Assembly (NCBI GenBank): GCA_003693705.1
Contig: RBZT01000553.1
Coordinates: 17,858-81,857, forward strand
Direction: 5' to 3'
Length of the DNA stretch: 64,000 bases
DNA from: Polymyxa betae A26-41
Taxonomy: Eukaryota > Protista > Endomyxa: Phytomyxea
The notes under the pieces were generated by a model. That model was not told where the DNA came from. It did not search any database and saw only the letters and a program-made list of their open reading frames with translations. Of the stretch, positions 14,101-31,056 are shown one piece after another (the first letter of the stretch is position 1; each line of letters begins with the position of its first letter). The position numbers were made by a program, and so were the translations under genes.

Positions 14101-15358
14101 ACTGTAACGGGACCGCAGTCTTAGAGCGAAGTTCTGGTCGGTGATCGAACTGGTCCAAGACGTGTTCGTTGAGGTAAGAGAGTGGTGGATCGAAATTGCC
14201 ATAGCTGTGCAACGAAACGGTTCAAATGACCTGATTTTTTTACGAAAAAGATTCTGATGACCTGAAGAATTTGGCGTTTGATGGGTGGTAGTGTTGGTGA
14301 TGGAAATCAACTAGCTGTTCGTGAGTGAGATCTGGAATATAAATAGGGTCGCCGCCGGAATTAAATCTATAAATGGTTAAGAACAGCGGAAGGCGAAGGA
14401 GCAAATTTGATGGAAAACAAGACAGCGTCGTATTCGCTTAAAAGAACATTCAAAGCCGGGCGAAATCCGAATTTCTATGCGGGTTACCCGTTACCTGTAC
14501 GGAGTGTCGGGCAGCAATCGGCGGTATATTTCTCGATACAAAATTGACGCTAAGAAAGGCTAATTAGAGCCGACGGGAAGAGCCAAAAGTGACGCAAACC
14601 TGGATCAGACATGGCGCCTTTCATTTCGTTGTAAACGACGCCTTTCAACACGAGCCCGGAATTCGGATCGGATTCCTCATTAACTTCGAATCGTACGCCT
14701 GCCCGAATGCATCATTAGCAAACACAGTCATAAAAAGCCCAATGCCCAACCCTCCTGGCGAAAATCTTCGGGCCGGAGCAGCGGCCGGAATACGGCGTCG
14801 CAATAGACTTGCAGCAGGTTATCGAAATCTTTCGCGTGACACGTGCTGAATGGATAGACAGTGTAATCGGGCCCGGTCATGGCGTTCATGAAAGTATGCA
14901 ACGAACGACGAAGCATGTGAAAGAACGGGTCGCGGACAGGGAATTTCTTCGATCCACATAGAACGTTGTGTTCGAGAATGTGTGCGATTCCTGTATTATC
15001 GCTAGGCGGCGTTCGAAACAAAATGGCCATGGTCCGATTCGGATCCGAACATCTAACATGTAAATAAGGGGCATCTGTCTTCAGATGACGCATCTGAAAG
15101 CGTATCAGAAAACTAGAGAAAATTGTAGACGGTAGATTGAGTGTAACTAAACCGAAAAGAATGACAAAAGTAGAGAATACGAAACAATCGTCAAGAGACC
15201 TGAATCAACGTTCGGTGATGTTCCGGAAAGTCATGGACGGCCTCAGTCAGGAACCCATCCTGAATCGAACCGACGATTGCTTTCGACGCCAACCGCCGCC
15301 GTCCGGTCGCAGCTGACGCTGCAGCCCGCGCCCAGCGCCCATGACGACACCGAATCAT
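11130..15358 (-). CDS. PITRM1: Mitochondrial presequence protease (peptidase M16C), multi-exon
   Basis: HILEH inverted zincin, [46 protein letters not shown]; Arg/Ala-rich N-terminal presequence from ATG 15358. Confidence 0.93.
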
Positions 15359-16307
15359 GACGATCTCTGCGAGACCAATCGGGTTGGCAGAATGAGGTTA
15401 CTGAGGGTTGCGGCGCAGCTCGCAGTCATGTCCTTCTTATAGCGATCTCTGTCAGCTCCTTCAGTTGAGCCTCTGTCAGTCTCTTCATGGATGGGGGCCT
15501 CCTAACTGATTGTGATGGCGACTTTATCAAAATTAAAAGCGCTCTAATTATCACTTAGGAAAAAGTAGTCAGCAACAAAGCTCAATGCCGTTATCAAAAT
15601 CCGGAAGAGGGTCTCCGAGATCATCACCAAACCCAGATGTGTGCCGACAAAATTGCTCGTTTAGCTCCTTTAGATGCATCACCTTAATCACAGGAATCCC
15701 TATGACCGACAGAGTGCAGAAGGCGTCCTCTTCGTTGGCTAAGCTGGGTTCTGTGGGATGTCTGCCCCGATTTTTATGGTCGCTCTCTTTGACGTAATAT
15801 TTCACGCCTTCGTGTTGGACATAGGACAATCCATTATATCCAGTAGAATACCGGATCATGCCGATCAACAGAATATGATTGCCATGCCCACAATGCTGAC
15901 CAAGATGTTCACAACGCTTGCCGTCCCGTATTGCAACACTGCTGTCATTGTCAGATATGATAGAAGACGGCCGATTCCGTTCGGTCATCATTACCCATTT
16001 CTGCTAAGAAACTTGTCGCGAATTTTGGCGCCGACGTTGCCGCCTGTTTGAAGGCAAAGATTTTGAACGCCTTGTATCAATTTTATGCTTGCTGCTGCCA
16101 CCCATACGATATTCGCATTAACGATGGCACCATCTGTTGTTGCCATGTGTAAGAGGATTCTCCTTTCCAGCATACAAACCCAGATTACAAAAGCTGAGCC
16201 ACAAAAATCGTGGCAGAAAGTCAATAAATTTTTGAAAAAATCCGAGAAAGCTCCAGTGGCCACTTCATCACAGTCATCCATCATACAACGCACATACACG
16301 ATTCGCA

Positions 16308-17291
16308 ATGAAGCGAACCATCGCCTTGAGCGTCTTTTTGGCGACTCTAGTGGCGGGCATCGTCTTCGTCGCCTGGGCCCAGGATCGAGTTCTGCTGAAG
16401 GATGTGACTTCCCTAATTTTCCGAGCTGGTTCCATGACGACTGGGCGGCGTTCGGCGCCGATCCCCCAGCTACGATGCACGGGACGGTCCTGCAAGACGT
16501 TCCAGCCGCAGGTCGTCCAATGCACTCAAACTGGATGGGATGGACGGGATGCCACATGGCGTTGTGAGGCCGATCTGCCACCTAAACTCAGTTTTGGGCA
16601 GGTCGTTGTCAGTTGTGAGGGATATAACTATCCTGATGATCCCTATATTCTGGTTGGCTCATGTGGTCTCAAATATCAGGTTGCTACTTTTTGAGCAATG
16701 CCTTCAATTGATATTTCATCATTGGGTGTTTTTCTTTTCTGTAAATAGCTAAATCGTTTTTCTTTGTGGAAATAATCTTTTGCAAATAACTCTCTAAAAA
16801 GTCCATTTCAGTTGGTCGACGCAGCACGCCCATCAAATGATGATGACGATACCTTTGTGATAGGAACTGTATTGGGTGTTATAGTGACAGCGGTAATTGC
16901 CGCCATTGTCATATCAAAGTGCTGCAGTCGATATCGAGCAACGAGAGGTGATGACATGCCACCACCGCCGCCTTATGACGACTACCACCGCATGCCCAGC
17001 TCGTGGCGACCCTCAGCGCCACCATCTTCAAGCGCTTCATGCAACCCACAGCCAGCACAGTCTTCATCAGGGCCGGGATTCTTTACCGGATTGGGTATCG
17101 GGGGTTTAGCCGGATACGCGTTCGGCAACAGGTCGCGACGAAATCATGCGGTTTATACGACTCCTGATTACGGTTATTCCAGATCTTCAAGCGGCCGATC
17201 GATGTGGGGTTCGTCTTCATCAACTTCATCTTCGGCGCAGTCTCAAGCGCCTTCACGATCCACGGGATTTGCTACAACGGAGCGGCGTTAA
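16308..17291 (+). CDS. SARAF: Store-operated calcium entry-associated regulatory factor (TMEM66), 2 exons
   Basis: Signal peptide, TTGRRSAPIPQLRC, WRCEADLP, VSCEGYNYPDDPYILVGSCGL, one TM helix, GPGFFTG and C-terminal GFATTERR; intron ~16679-16811. Confidence 0.92.
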
Positions 17292-17322
17292 AACAATCGC
17301 CCAGTTTGTTTATCGATGACGG

Positions 17323-18586
17323 TTAACAATGGTTTGAGATGAACTCGCGAATCTTCATGACGTATTGGTCACCGCCTTTGATCCATGTGTCGTTATGGGT
17401 TCCATTCAGAATTTTATACAGTTCCTAATAATGATTCAGTACTGCGGCCATACAATTTCCCATACCGAAACCTTTTTCTTGCTATTTCGCGCCGCTTCGA
17501 AAAGTTTATCCATTTGACTAGAGGGGACTATTTCGTCGTTTCTTCCTGATACCAGAAGCAGCGGATGCGTAATCGATTCAATTCGTTTGGCCGATGGCCA
17601 ATCAATCTTTAAGACATATGGCTTCAAAGGCGCCAATACTGGGAACACTGAATCGACCTGGACACAGAATAAGAGTTGTTTGAGATCGTCAAGCAAATTT
17701 CACACCATATCCGAAATATTCGTGAAAGTATTCTCCACGATAGTTCCACAGATTTTATCGTCGTATTTCGACGCAACATAAATCTATAACAGATACTAAG
17801 TGTACAAGCTGTTATTTGAATGCCGAGTATCATACAGAAACGGCGCCACCTAGAGACCTTCCAAACAGGAACACTTTCTTGGGATCGATATCTTCGCGTT
17901 CATGGAAAATATGCTTTGAAGAACATCAGCAGAGCTCAAACGATGCGTCATTTATCACACCTTCATGACCGTATCAGCGTCAATCATTAAACCGGCTTCA
18001 TTCGGCGATCCTTCGCTATCTCCATATCCACGATACGACAGAATAAAAATGTTCACGTCGACTGCCCGAAAAATCTGTGCGATGTTCGGAAGACGGAAGC
18101 CCATGTTTCCAGCATTCGCATGAAAGAAAACCAGTGTTGGAACCGATTTCGAATTCGGTTGTCTGATCATCCAGGCCTAACAAAATTTAGGAGTAGCAAT
18201 TGAGATGATAGAAGCTTACAGCTAATTTTATACCATCTGAAGTGGTTAGACGAACATCCTCATAAGACAGGTTAAAATCAGCAGGGCTTCGAAATCCAGG
18301 CGGATTCTGCGATGGTTTAATATGCTGAGGTAGAGCACGAGGTTGGTATCTAATTAAAAATAAACCATCGCGTCCATCGATTACGAATCCGTTCCCACAG
18401 AAGGTTATCCTGAAATTTGTACAAGGCGGCGACGAGTGCGGCGGAAAGCGTCGCCACGACTGTGACACAGGATTTCCAAGACGGAGCGTACGACGCCTGG
18501 TCGTTACGCGAGACATAGATCCAGGAGAAGAAAACGCCGGCCACGACGGCTGGTTTGGCCCAGGCTCCATACGACGACAACGTCAT
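17323..18586 (-). CDS. ABHD13: ABHD13/BEM46-like alpha/beta hydrolase (multi-exon)
   Basis: FFHANAGNMGFRL, SYRGYGDSEGSPNEAGL, GRSLGGAV, ENTF, SGRNDEIVP, GTHNDTW. Confidence 0.9.
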
Positions 18587-18646
18587 TATCAGGCTGCGTC
18601 TCCGATAAGCAGTCTGACATCTCGGCGCTCTATAACATCATTATCC

Positions 18647-19372
18647 ATGACAGGAGAGCAGCCCATCTCGGTCATTGAGGGTCCCCTGTACAGCTTCCCA
18701 TTTGCCTTTGGCACGCGATCGTAAGGTGTCATCGACGCCTGCATGGCTGTCCCTTCGAGGCCTGCAATCCTTAAGCCCGGCGCCTCGTCTCGTTCCTCGT
18801 TCTGCTGTTGCCGGATCTGTTTCGTCTTTACCATTCTCGTGGCTGGGTTAGCGATCCTAGCATGGTGGCTTTATCCTGATACAAGCCCGCCGATGAAATC
18901 GAGCTTCTCGGTACAATCGTTCGAGCTTAGTCTCAGCGAGCTCAAGATCCTGGGCCGCTTCGATATAGCAGTGACCAATCGCAACCATTATGCAATTCAG
19001 ACGAAATCGACCGTTTTTAACGTCGTCTATAAAGGCAATTCCTTTTGCAATACGCTTTGAATTATCTTCTAATTTTTTTCAAAAGGTCGCATAATGCTAA
19101 ACCCAACATTCGCCTCAAGTGAATTTCCAGCTCAGCAGACGACCACAGTAGCGATTCCGATTTCGATTAGTTTAACGAAAGATTCTGCTACAGATCTAAT
19201 CAGCGACATTTACAATACTTGCAGTGTTGCTGGGTCAAGTTTACAGATCACCGTCAAAGGCGGTTTATCAGTGTCGACCTGGTTCCTGCCGACCTGGATT
19301 GACATTCCGATTGAGAAGGTTCAACCTATCTCGTGTCCTGATTTGAGATCAGCATCGCCTCGACCCACTTAA
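18647..19372 (+). CDS. Type II membrane protein with LEA_2-like beta-sandwich domain
   Basis: CCCRIC followed by one TM helix and YP, then IAVTNRNHYAI and VVYKG; includes a GC-AG intron at 19035-19085. Confidence 0.65.
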
Positions 19373-20209
19373 TACAGATTCATTCAAGGTAAATGCTGTA
19401 ACTTGAGTTTGTGTCGATGGCCGCTCCTTTCATACCCCATTGCGGAAACCAGTTACCGGGTCTCTTGGGTAATTCAAGCAGTTTGCTTCTCCACGATCTC
19501 AGTACCTTTTCGAATCATAGTTAGGTGTGTGAATCTACAGGAATTTAGAAATCGATTGCCAAGCTGCACCTTGAAACCGATTCCTGGGAATCACTTCGAC
19601 AGGTGCCCATTCATATTGGAAAATGTAATATAGCAACAATATCATTTGAATTGATTACAATTAAAAAGGGGATTCTGCCGCCTCTTATTCTTTAAAATCA
19701 ATGTCTCGCTTCCGTTCGCCGCAAGATGCATAGAAGGAATGCCCTGATGCCTAGCATTGAAGCATGCAACCGTTTATAATCGCCAGTGAGGCCTTCCAAC
19801 AGTACGACGATTTGACCCAAAAGGGCCACAGCGTTTCGGTATATTGGTATTTATAGAAAGAGATCGCTGGCTGGCACTGGCCGGCCAAGTACATCTTCCA
19901 GTTTTCTGCGTTCTTTACACTCTCAAGTACATCTTTCTTGTGCGATTGTGGCTCCTCGATGGTTCCTGTTTCCAACATAAACATCCCCGTATCCATCAAT
20001 GCTGCTCTATGCCCTCATTACCATTCTTGTGCTCAATTTCAAAGTTTGTTCGGCGGCCAGCAATCACCCAAAACAAGCCGCGCAGTTAACGACGCATGAG
20101 TGCTCTGTTGCGTCGTGTAAAGTCCCAAAGCACTCCTCCGGAAACCAATCGTGTATGTGATTTTAGAGTGACGACGCAATTATAAGACGATTGAATAGAT
20201 AATGTCAAC

Positions 20210-20812
20210 ATGCTGCCAGGAAATAGATCGATGAGGATGAACTACTCCCAAGGCGTCAGCACTTATTACAAAGAGCATGGACCCGATTACAGCAATCCTC
20301 ACGAGGACGCCATTGTTCGCTGTGTGGATTCTCTCCTGGCCCCGATTCGTAACGAGCTTGACCATGGCTGGAATGCGGTCGACATCGCTTGTGGATCTGG
20401 TGAGGCCATGTTTGCCCTGCTGCAATTCTGCCAGCATTACCAAAAGTCGCCACCTAATATAATTGCTGTCGATCCTTTCACGAGGCTCGCTGTAACTCGT
20501 CGGTTCCCAACCATCGAATTCCTGCAGCTTTCCTTCGAAGATATCGGCCATGGTGACCTGCCAGGAAAATACGACCTAGCAATCTCATCATTCGCCTTGC
20601 ATCTCGCAGATCGCTCCGAGCTGTTCGCCCTTCTAGCCCAGCTAGCAGTACAAGCGAGATATCTGGCCATCGTCTCACCGCATAAGCTCCCGTTCGTCCC
20701 AGATGGATGCGGTTGGGAGCTCCAGCACAGCGTCTACACGGGCGGATCTGGCCAGGAGCGAGTTCGAGGCCGACTCTTTCAATCGCTATGGTTCTCTGTC
20801 GAGAAATCTTGA
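20210..20812 (+). CDS. Class I SAM-dependent methyltransferase
   Basis: VDIACGSGE (motif I), AVDP, YDLAISSFALHL; intronless. Confidence 0.8.
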   Translation: MLPGNRSMRMNYSQGVSTYYKEHGPDYSNPHEDAIVRCVDSLLAPIRNELDHGWNAVDIACGSGEAMFALLQFCQHYQKSPPNIIAVDPFTRLAVTRRFPTIEFLQLSFEDIGHGDLPGKYDLAISSFALHLADRSELFALLAQLAVQARYLAIVSPHKLPFVPDGCGWELQHSVYTGGSGQERVRGRLFQSLWFSVEKS

Positions 20813-21139
20813 TCGAAATTTATAAAATGTTTTCGAATGTGGGGTCGATGGGGTGACTGTTGGGCTGGATGGCTTCGTCATGAAAATTGCAATAAAAATG
20901 ATGAAAAAATTTTGTATGCGGGGTCGCTGGACTGGGAGGCTGGGGCGATGGGGTGGCTGCTGGAGGTCTTCGGCATTACCTCTCACCTACCTCTCATAAT
21001 TGATTTGTTCTGCACACTGCACAATGTCGGCCAGCTTCAGGGCGTTGGTCGCCTGACGCTGACAAGATATCGCGAACCGGCACGTGCCCCCTCCCCCTTG
21101 CTAGTTTGCCGGCTTTACTGATATCTGACGATTGCAACC

Positions 21140-23960
<2,821 letters not shown>

Positions 23961-24144
23961 CGCAAATTTGGAGAAATCGGAAGGGGGCCTGAAACAAGCC
24001 GCCATGCATAAGAAGATCATCTTCTGGAGCAATCCACAGAGACAGGCTATCGTTTGTCGCAAATGATACTCAATAATGTACATGTCTTGATTAATAATAC
24101 AGATTCTGCTGTTCGCTTATTTCCAAACCACGCTATCATATTGT

Positions 24145-25964
24145 TTATTTAGGGACCGGCGTCTTTGACGTCGGTTTCGCATGCCTAAGTGATCTGGAGT
24201 CATTGACGGCCAGCGCCATCAGGCCCCTGGACTGCGGTCTTGGCGTCCATGGCAGCGATCTCAACGTGAATTTCGGCGTCGAATGCGTCTGTTTGGAAAT
24301 GGTTGGTCCATCACTCCAATATCCTCCATCGTCATCCAGCGAAATATCCACCACCATCCTGGTTTTATCGAAGATGAACATTCGCAGATCGCTCAAAGCT
24401 TGTTCATACCTGTGATTGGTAATGGTCGTATCTGGCCCTTTCGCGTTATGTAATCTCGATGGTACACCGCTAAGCTGTTCAGGCGCCTACAGCACATCAG
24501 TATATCATCGCTGTCAATTTCTGATCAGCAACCTCGAAGAGAGACCGAATAACGTCAATCGACGTTCGGTTCGACAGGCGAGTATTGATGCTCGAATTCT
24601 CAGCGAACTTTGATTGGTCCATTGCTGATTTGATGCGCCTCCTGGTAGGACTGGAAGACGTCTTCTTCGATGCTGAAGTCGAAGGCCTCGGACGCGTCCT
24701 CCCAGGCTTTCTCGGTGTCGCCGATTTCGGTTTGATTTTATATCTCACTGAATGGTGATCTCAGCAAGAACAGTTTCGAGACTGTCGCTATTTACATTGT
24801 GGCACTGCTGTCGAGACTGCAATATTGAAAAGCAGCGTATCGTTGGTCGGCATTCGGTTCTTCGCCAAACTTAACGCCCGGCGTCTAACCACTGCCGGCC
24901 CCTGAATAATCTTCATCTGGATTGAGCATCAGTGTCGGCGCAATTGCATTGCGAATCGACCGCCGACCTGCTTCTCAAGCGATCTGAAATTGGCGGCGAT
25001 CACAGCTGTGATGTTATGACCCGGAGGCAAATACAGTTTCGAGAAATCCAGAGCCTTGGAGTAGAACGCTCGTGCGACATCGAATCTGAACCATTTTTAG
25101 GTCGATGTTGATGCATTACGAAAATCTCTTCGACCTTCGCAAATGCTCGTTCTCGACGGCGATATTATGGTAGGCGACTGCCGTCGTCAGGTGCAGGGGA
25201 TGTTGATCGATCCCGAGCGCCGGCCGTGCCAACCGGGCGTGCAGTACGTTCAGCGCCGATTGCGCATAGTGGACCGCCGATCGATGCCGCCCGAGTTCCG
25301 ATAGGATCGTGCTCATGTTCAATAAAGTATCTGAATCAGCGTCTTCATTTCAGGACCGGGTTACACATACAATGAGGCTAAAATCGCGACCTGGAACTGG
25401 AACCAATCTAACTCCTCCGCTCGTCGGCAGACTCTTCTCAGTTTTAACCGCTGCTGTGATGGCGCGCAGCGCCTGATGAAGGTCACCGAACCTGAATGGC
25501 ATCAGTCGCGGCGATAACGTATGGGCGCTGCGGCGACCTTCGATGCAAGCAACTGATGTTGCTTAACGTCGCTGCTCGCAGCGATATCAGGTCTTCAGAC
25601 TGTCTGCCCTGCGTCAGCGCCAGCGCTTTTCGAAACAGTTCTAATGCGATCTCGAAGTTGGCCGCCGCATCCTTCATCACAAGGCGCAGTGCGAAATCGT
25701 TGTATCGAGTCGCCAAAAACGATTCGGCTTCGGTGGTTTTGGAGCTATCGACGCCGTAATGCGATCGTTGCAATTTCAGGGCCTGCTCAAGGCAAACGAT
25801 TTCCTGCCCATTACGGCCCTGCAAAGGATATCACGATTACGGCAAAACACGATGGGCGAAATCGTTGCCTTCTTGCGATAAGAATCGGCTTGGGCCAACA
25901 GGTCGTCAATGATTTCGTTCGGGTCGAGATTGGCATCATCTTCTTCTGGCATTGTGGCCAGCAT
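24145..25964 (-). CDS. TPR-repeat protein with low-complexity C-terminus
   Basis: TPR-like helices (ALELFRKALAL..AATLSNISCL; NMSTILSELGRHRSAVHYAQSAL; AVAYHNIAVE) on spliced exons. Confidence 0.65.
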
Positions 25965-26087
25965 CGGGCGGGATGCTGTCCGCTGCCGTTGTTCCCGCCC
26001 GGTAATTTACGATTACCGAATAGAACGAGTACGTCAAAATCGAACAACCTTAAATGCAGATATTTATTGTTGCAGTTCTCGCAGCGA

Positions 26088-29000
26088 TCACAACGACGCT
26101 GGCACCATCTTATTCAGGATTCGCCTGGAGAATTTAAGGCATTCTTCCCAATCGTTCAGCTGGACTACGACATCGCTCAGCACCTAAATTTTACTATCAT
26201 TACTCGAAATACGTTAGCTATATGGCGAGAACCTTTTCATACGGCAATGACTGCAATCGTAATCGACACGGTTCGAATGAGCATAGATTCGCTAAAGAGT
26301 ACATACACGTCTTTCGAACAATTGGATCTGAGTCGCTGTTCCCTGGATAAAGTTTCCGCTAAGATGAATCCACCTCAATGCAATTGCTACCGATATGTTC
26401 GAGAAGTGATTCAATGCAGTTTAACCTGAGCAGCTCCGGGACAACTTTATCTGAGAACCGCACAAGGTTTCCCAGAGCGCCAGCCGCGTTGATGGCTATC
26501 CTGCGATCGATGCTCCCCGATTCCTGAATACAGATCACCATGCATCCTTTTTGAGAACCAACAAAACCTTTCTTACATTCGCCGATAATGACCTGATTAA
26601 CTGTCCAATGCAAGGAGATAACGCCTCGCATAGCTCGTCATTATGGAACACTGCATTCCCGATAGCAAAGGCAGCGTACTTCCGAACCTATATACGGTTA
26701 ATTGATGACGCCCGCTCTGTAGAATATTACGAACTTGAGGGTCTGAATCCCGCGAGCATTCCATTAACGCAGGGAGAATACCATTTTGATTCAGATGCTG
26801 ATAGAAAAATGGAGAGAATCGGCAAAGATTGCCCACGAAATTGCATGCCTATTGGATATCAGTAAAAAATTCGCAAAACAAGAATTCGGTACTTTAATGC
26901 GAATTTCAGGATGCGAATGCGTCAGTAACTTCAAAAGACTCGGATAGATACTCGCCTGATGAATGTGCTGGTAATTTGACATATCAGTTCGAGCCAATTG
27001 GCAAAGGATTGTCAGCACCTAATAAAAGGAAATGTAAGAAAGATGAAAAAGATCAGCAGATGACGAAGCAGCGCTTTTACATCTCCAATCAATGGAACAC
27101 AGTTCATCTTGTCGACGAAAAATTCCATCTGGCGTAGCATTTGTAACCCGTTGTAATCAACAAACTGACGAGCGAAATGTTTCGAAGAAATGACCAGCCT
27201 GGTCAGCAGTAGGACCGGCGAGAACGATTCCGTACATGCCGAATAAGGAATGGCACTAATCAGATGCTGAACGGCATGCTGATTGTACCTGAAATCGAAG
27301 CTCAGATGATCAGACAGGAGTCCAGTACGCTCCACTCCGACATGGCTTTTTGCACACGAGCCAGAGCTACTGAATCGATTTGCGATCGCAGCGGGACATC
27401 GAGTAGGCGAATGACGGAGGCGATCAGCTGCGTAACACAAGCAGGGCCCCCATGGAGTTGTTCGGGCCAGCTCGATAGTTTCTGCAACCGGAATTCGTGC
27501 AGCAAACCAATTACTCCAGCAATCAACGTCTGAAGAAAACAACGCGATCAGAGAAGTTTGGGGATTTCAACAGGGTTCTAACCTCCGACAGGTACGACGA
27601 GAAATCGGCGTGTTTTTCTGCCTCAAAGAGGACCTCGAACATCATATCGATTAGCTCGTTTGAGGCCCTCGGAGAGAGCCAATTCCAAACATGGATGGAA
27701 TGCAATCCCTCTGCCAGTTTCTGCCAAAGCCCGCTGCTTTTCAAAACGGGCAGAAAAGAGACCGGATCAGACTGAACACCTGTCGATGATTGACAAGAAT
27801 GAAGACAGATTCTAGAATTCAAATACAGGATCTTAGCAATCTAACAGCAGCATCGAAATAGGCGTTCTCTGCCAGTAATAATTAGTTAAACCAACAGTAC
27901 AAGGGGTTAGTGTGATTACCTAGCAGTCCATATCCGCTTCCAAAAATCTCGTTAAACGCAGTCTCCCAGCAATTTGGCACAACGTTGGCGATCCGCTCAT
28001 TAGAGCTTTCTTTGGCCTAGTTTGAAGCTCTTAAAAGCAGAATGGCAGAAGCTATTGGATGGGGTTACTTTAGATGTTTTAGGCTGAGTAGGAGTCGACA
28101 TTGCTAATAACTGAGACACTACCGATTGGTCGCTGATGAGAGTCATGAAGGACGACGTCTGCACTACTATGAGATAGGTTCAGCATTAACAACGGATTCA
28201 CCATGGATGTGCTATTCAACGCCATAAACGCTGCAAGCGCCATATGGCAGGACGAGGTTGTTATCCATTGCTGAAGCTGAGGCACCGAGAAAGGAGTCAA
28301 TCCAGCTTCTTTCAAAGCTACAGTGCATTTTTGTTGGTTTGGTTGATAGCTTAATGAGATCGAGACATTCGCACCCACCTAACAATGCCAATGGCTGCAG
28401 CAAAGTCCCGGGTGCTGCTGTAGCAGATGACGCCAAAGAAGATATCCGTTCAGTAATATCATTCTGCGAATATATCAGAACAGCTCCGGATGAATCCGAA
28501 TTTTTTTACATTCTTGACAAATTTATATCGAAATTTGTCGCTTAGTCTACAGGCCTAGCACAGCTAAGTTCGGTGAAGAAAAATGGCAACTTCATAGCCG
28601 ACCTGAATCAGTATCCTGAGAGCGCAGATTGTAGTTTCAGCACGCTCTGAATTGATTAAAAGCAACGCGAAGGAATCGAGCCAGCCGGCCTCTTCCACAG
28701 CATCGATAAAACATTCAAACACCTTAATCACGGCATCAGTATAATGATCTACGATTACAGGCATATTCGAACTTTGGCGTGTAGATAGGGCAATGTGGCC
28801 AGCGTTTCATTCGACTGGGCGATCTCTTCAACCTGAAGATGGTCGGAATGATATGCCAAGACCAGGTCAGTATAGACACCTGAATGGCGTTCGTTTGCTC
28901 GGCGCCAAGGGGGAAGGCGACCCTCACTCCTGAGCATGGCGAGACGAAATCAGCAATGACCGAAATGGCGCTGGCGCCATAATTCGTGGATAGTAAACTC

Positions 29001-30967
29001 AGGAGCGTTTTGATACAACTAAAACAGGTCGGTTAAAAACAGAATGAGGCCGTAACGTTGCGAAACTAACGAATTCTTTCGAAATTCTTCCACGAAAATG
29101 AAGCTGTTTTCATGGCATGGCAATGTGGCCATTTTGCGAATGCATTTCGACAGTATCGGGAGCGTCATGATCTGATTATGGCCGGAGGCCAAAATCCTCC
29201 CGGCGCCCGCAACAAAATGGAGGGAGATTTGACGCAAAAGAAGGTGATCGAGTTCGATGTCCTGAAAGCAAAGATTGCACAGAACATCGATAATCTTTAA
29301 AAGAGACGATACCCCCTCGGTATCTGAATCGAATTGATGCTATCGAAAGAGCCAAAACGAGTCAAGTACCAGAAAGATTAGCGACGCTGTTCGTAATCGG
29401 ATGAGCGATTCGTGATAGAAAAATTCTATCGGTATCGGTGAAAGGCTGATTAATGGAGAGCACTTTGGACAATGAGCTCCAGATAACGGCAGGAACATTT
29501 GAACCCTGATTCAGAGTTAGAGCACCCAAAAACAAACCAACAATGCGAAAAGAAAAACCTTCAGGAAGGTGACGAGATCATAGATGAATTCCGGTTTCCT
29601 GCGAAGGCTCTTACAAAATTCGGAATCGTTAACCGCATCGCCATAAGGCCAGACTCGCGGACGATTGTCAACGATTTGTTTCAAATTGCCTGAGCTGCCT
29701 TTGACACCCGGACTCGGTGACCGAGCTTTATTCGAAGCGCTCTTCTCCTTATTCTCTTTCTCATTGACCAGGTTTGGTTGAAACAGGAATTGGGAATTGC
29801 AAAGACGATCCCTAATCTTCGCTCAATGCAACGTTAGAAAGAAAGATTCCTGATAAACCAGCCTTGGTGTGGCGATACGCTCGCGAATTTTCCGCTCATC
29901 ATCAGACTCTCGAATAAACGGGTGCTTCAAGATCTGTGACCACGAGAGTCGTTTGCTTAGGTGAATGTCAGTACAATTTTGAATAACAATCTGAAACAAC
30001 CTCTTACGCGGGCTCTTTCTGCAAAAGTCCAGAAAGAAACGAGCGAAACTTCTTCGACATGTCTTCTGGGAGCTGAACGGAATCTTTCACAATTCGATGT
30101 ATGAGCGTGTAGATGCTCTTCGTATAGAATGGAGGATGCCCAACGAATAGCTCATACAAAATTACCCCAAGCGACCAGAGGTCAACTAAATATACAATAG
30201 ATTCAGAAGGAAACCCACCCAAATTCATTCTGTTTACCGGTGTGATCGTAGGGTTTTTCCTGAATTAGCTCTGGGGCCTATGAAAACAAGTAACTATAGG
30301 GATTGCTGGGATCAAAATGCAGGTTCACCATATAAAGAGGAGTCCCTTTTATTGAAGTCATGCATATCGAGTGTGTGCTCAGTGACCTGGCAAACCCGAA
30401 ATCGCACAGCTTTACTGATCCGCCAGCTCCAATCAGAATATTCTTCAAAAGCCGTCATTTGCATCGACGATGGAACCGTTTTGTCTTTACCTGAGGTTTC
30501 ATGTCACGATGAATAACGCGATTGGAGTGTAGATACTGGAGAGCTGCGACCAGCTCAACTGCGATCCTCTTGATTATAGTCTCGGGTAACCTTTTATCAT
30601 CTTCCAGCACCTTTGAACGCATCTCAGAATCTTTAAATGACAACGCTAAGCCGACTACCTGATATAGCTCGCCTTGGGCCATTTCTGTAACCACACAAAT
30701 TTCAGAGTTGGTCTCAAACCAATCGAGCAAAAGAATGATATTGGGATGATTCAAATCCTAATAGCATAGCATTGGTTGGCGTTGTAGAAGCCAGAAAGAA
30801 AAGACCTGAAGGATAGCAATCTCTTGCCGGAGCATGGACAGGCACGTTTTGCCTCGTTTAACGATGAACTTCATGGCGACAAGCTGGCCGGTGGATTTCC
30901 TTCGGCCTTTGTAGACCTTGCCGAAGGATCCTTCGCCGATCGGCTCGAGAATATGATAATTGTCCAT
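26088..30967 (-). CDS. STK36: Fused/TIO Ser/Thr kinase with C-terminal ARM/HEAT repeats
   Basis: [72 protein letters not shown]; C-terminal FAIGNAVFH and [11 protein letters not shown] typical of Fused. Confidence 0.92.
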
Positions 30968-31056
30968 TTGGAAATGGGTCTGGCAAGCGAGACTTGGTTC
31001 ACTAAGCCAACATGTCTTAAAGGAGGCCCCGTCGGTTACTGCTCATCTAAACATAT

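Noticed and set aside
15569-16100. Minus-strand ORF with a faint kinase N-lobe look (YYVK..LANEE..GIP)
   Set aside because: No catalytic loop or DFG motif and interrupted by stops; too weak to call.
15991-16581. 196-aa minus and 160-aa plus ORFs
   Set aside because: Shadow frames overlapping the SARAF first exon.
19400-20100. Short ORFs between the LEA_2-like gene and the methyltransferase
   Set aside because: No coherent spliced model or homology recognisable.
25644-26429. 261-aa plus-strand ORF
   Set aside because: Antisense to the TPR gene start and the STK36 end; no recognisable motifs.
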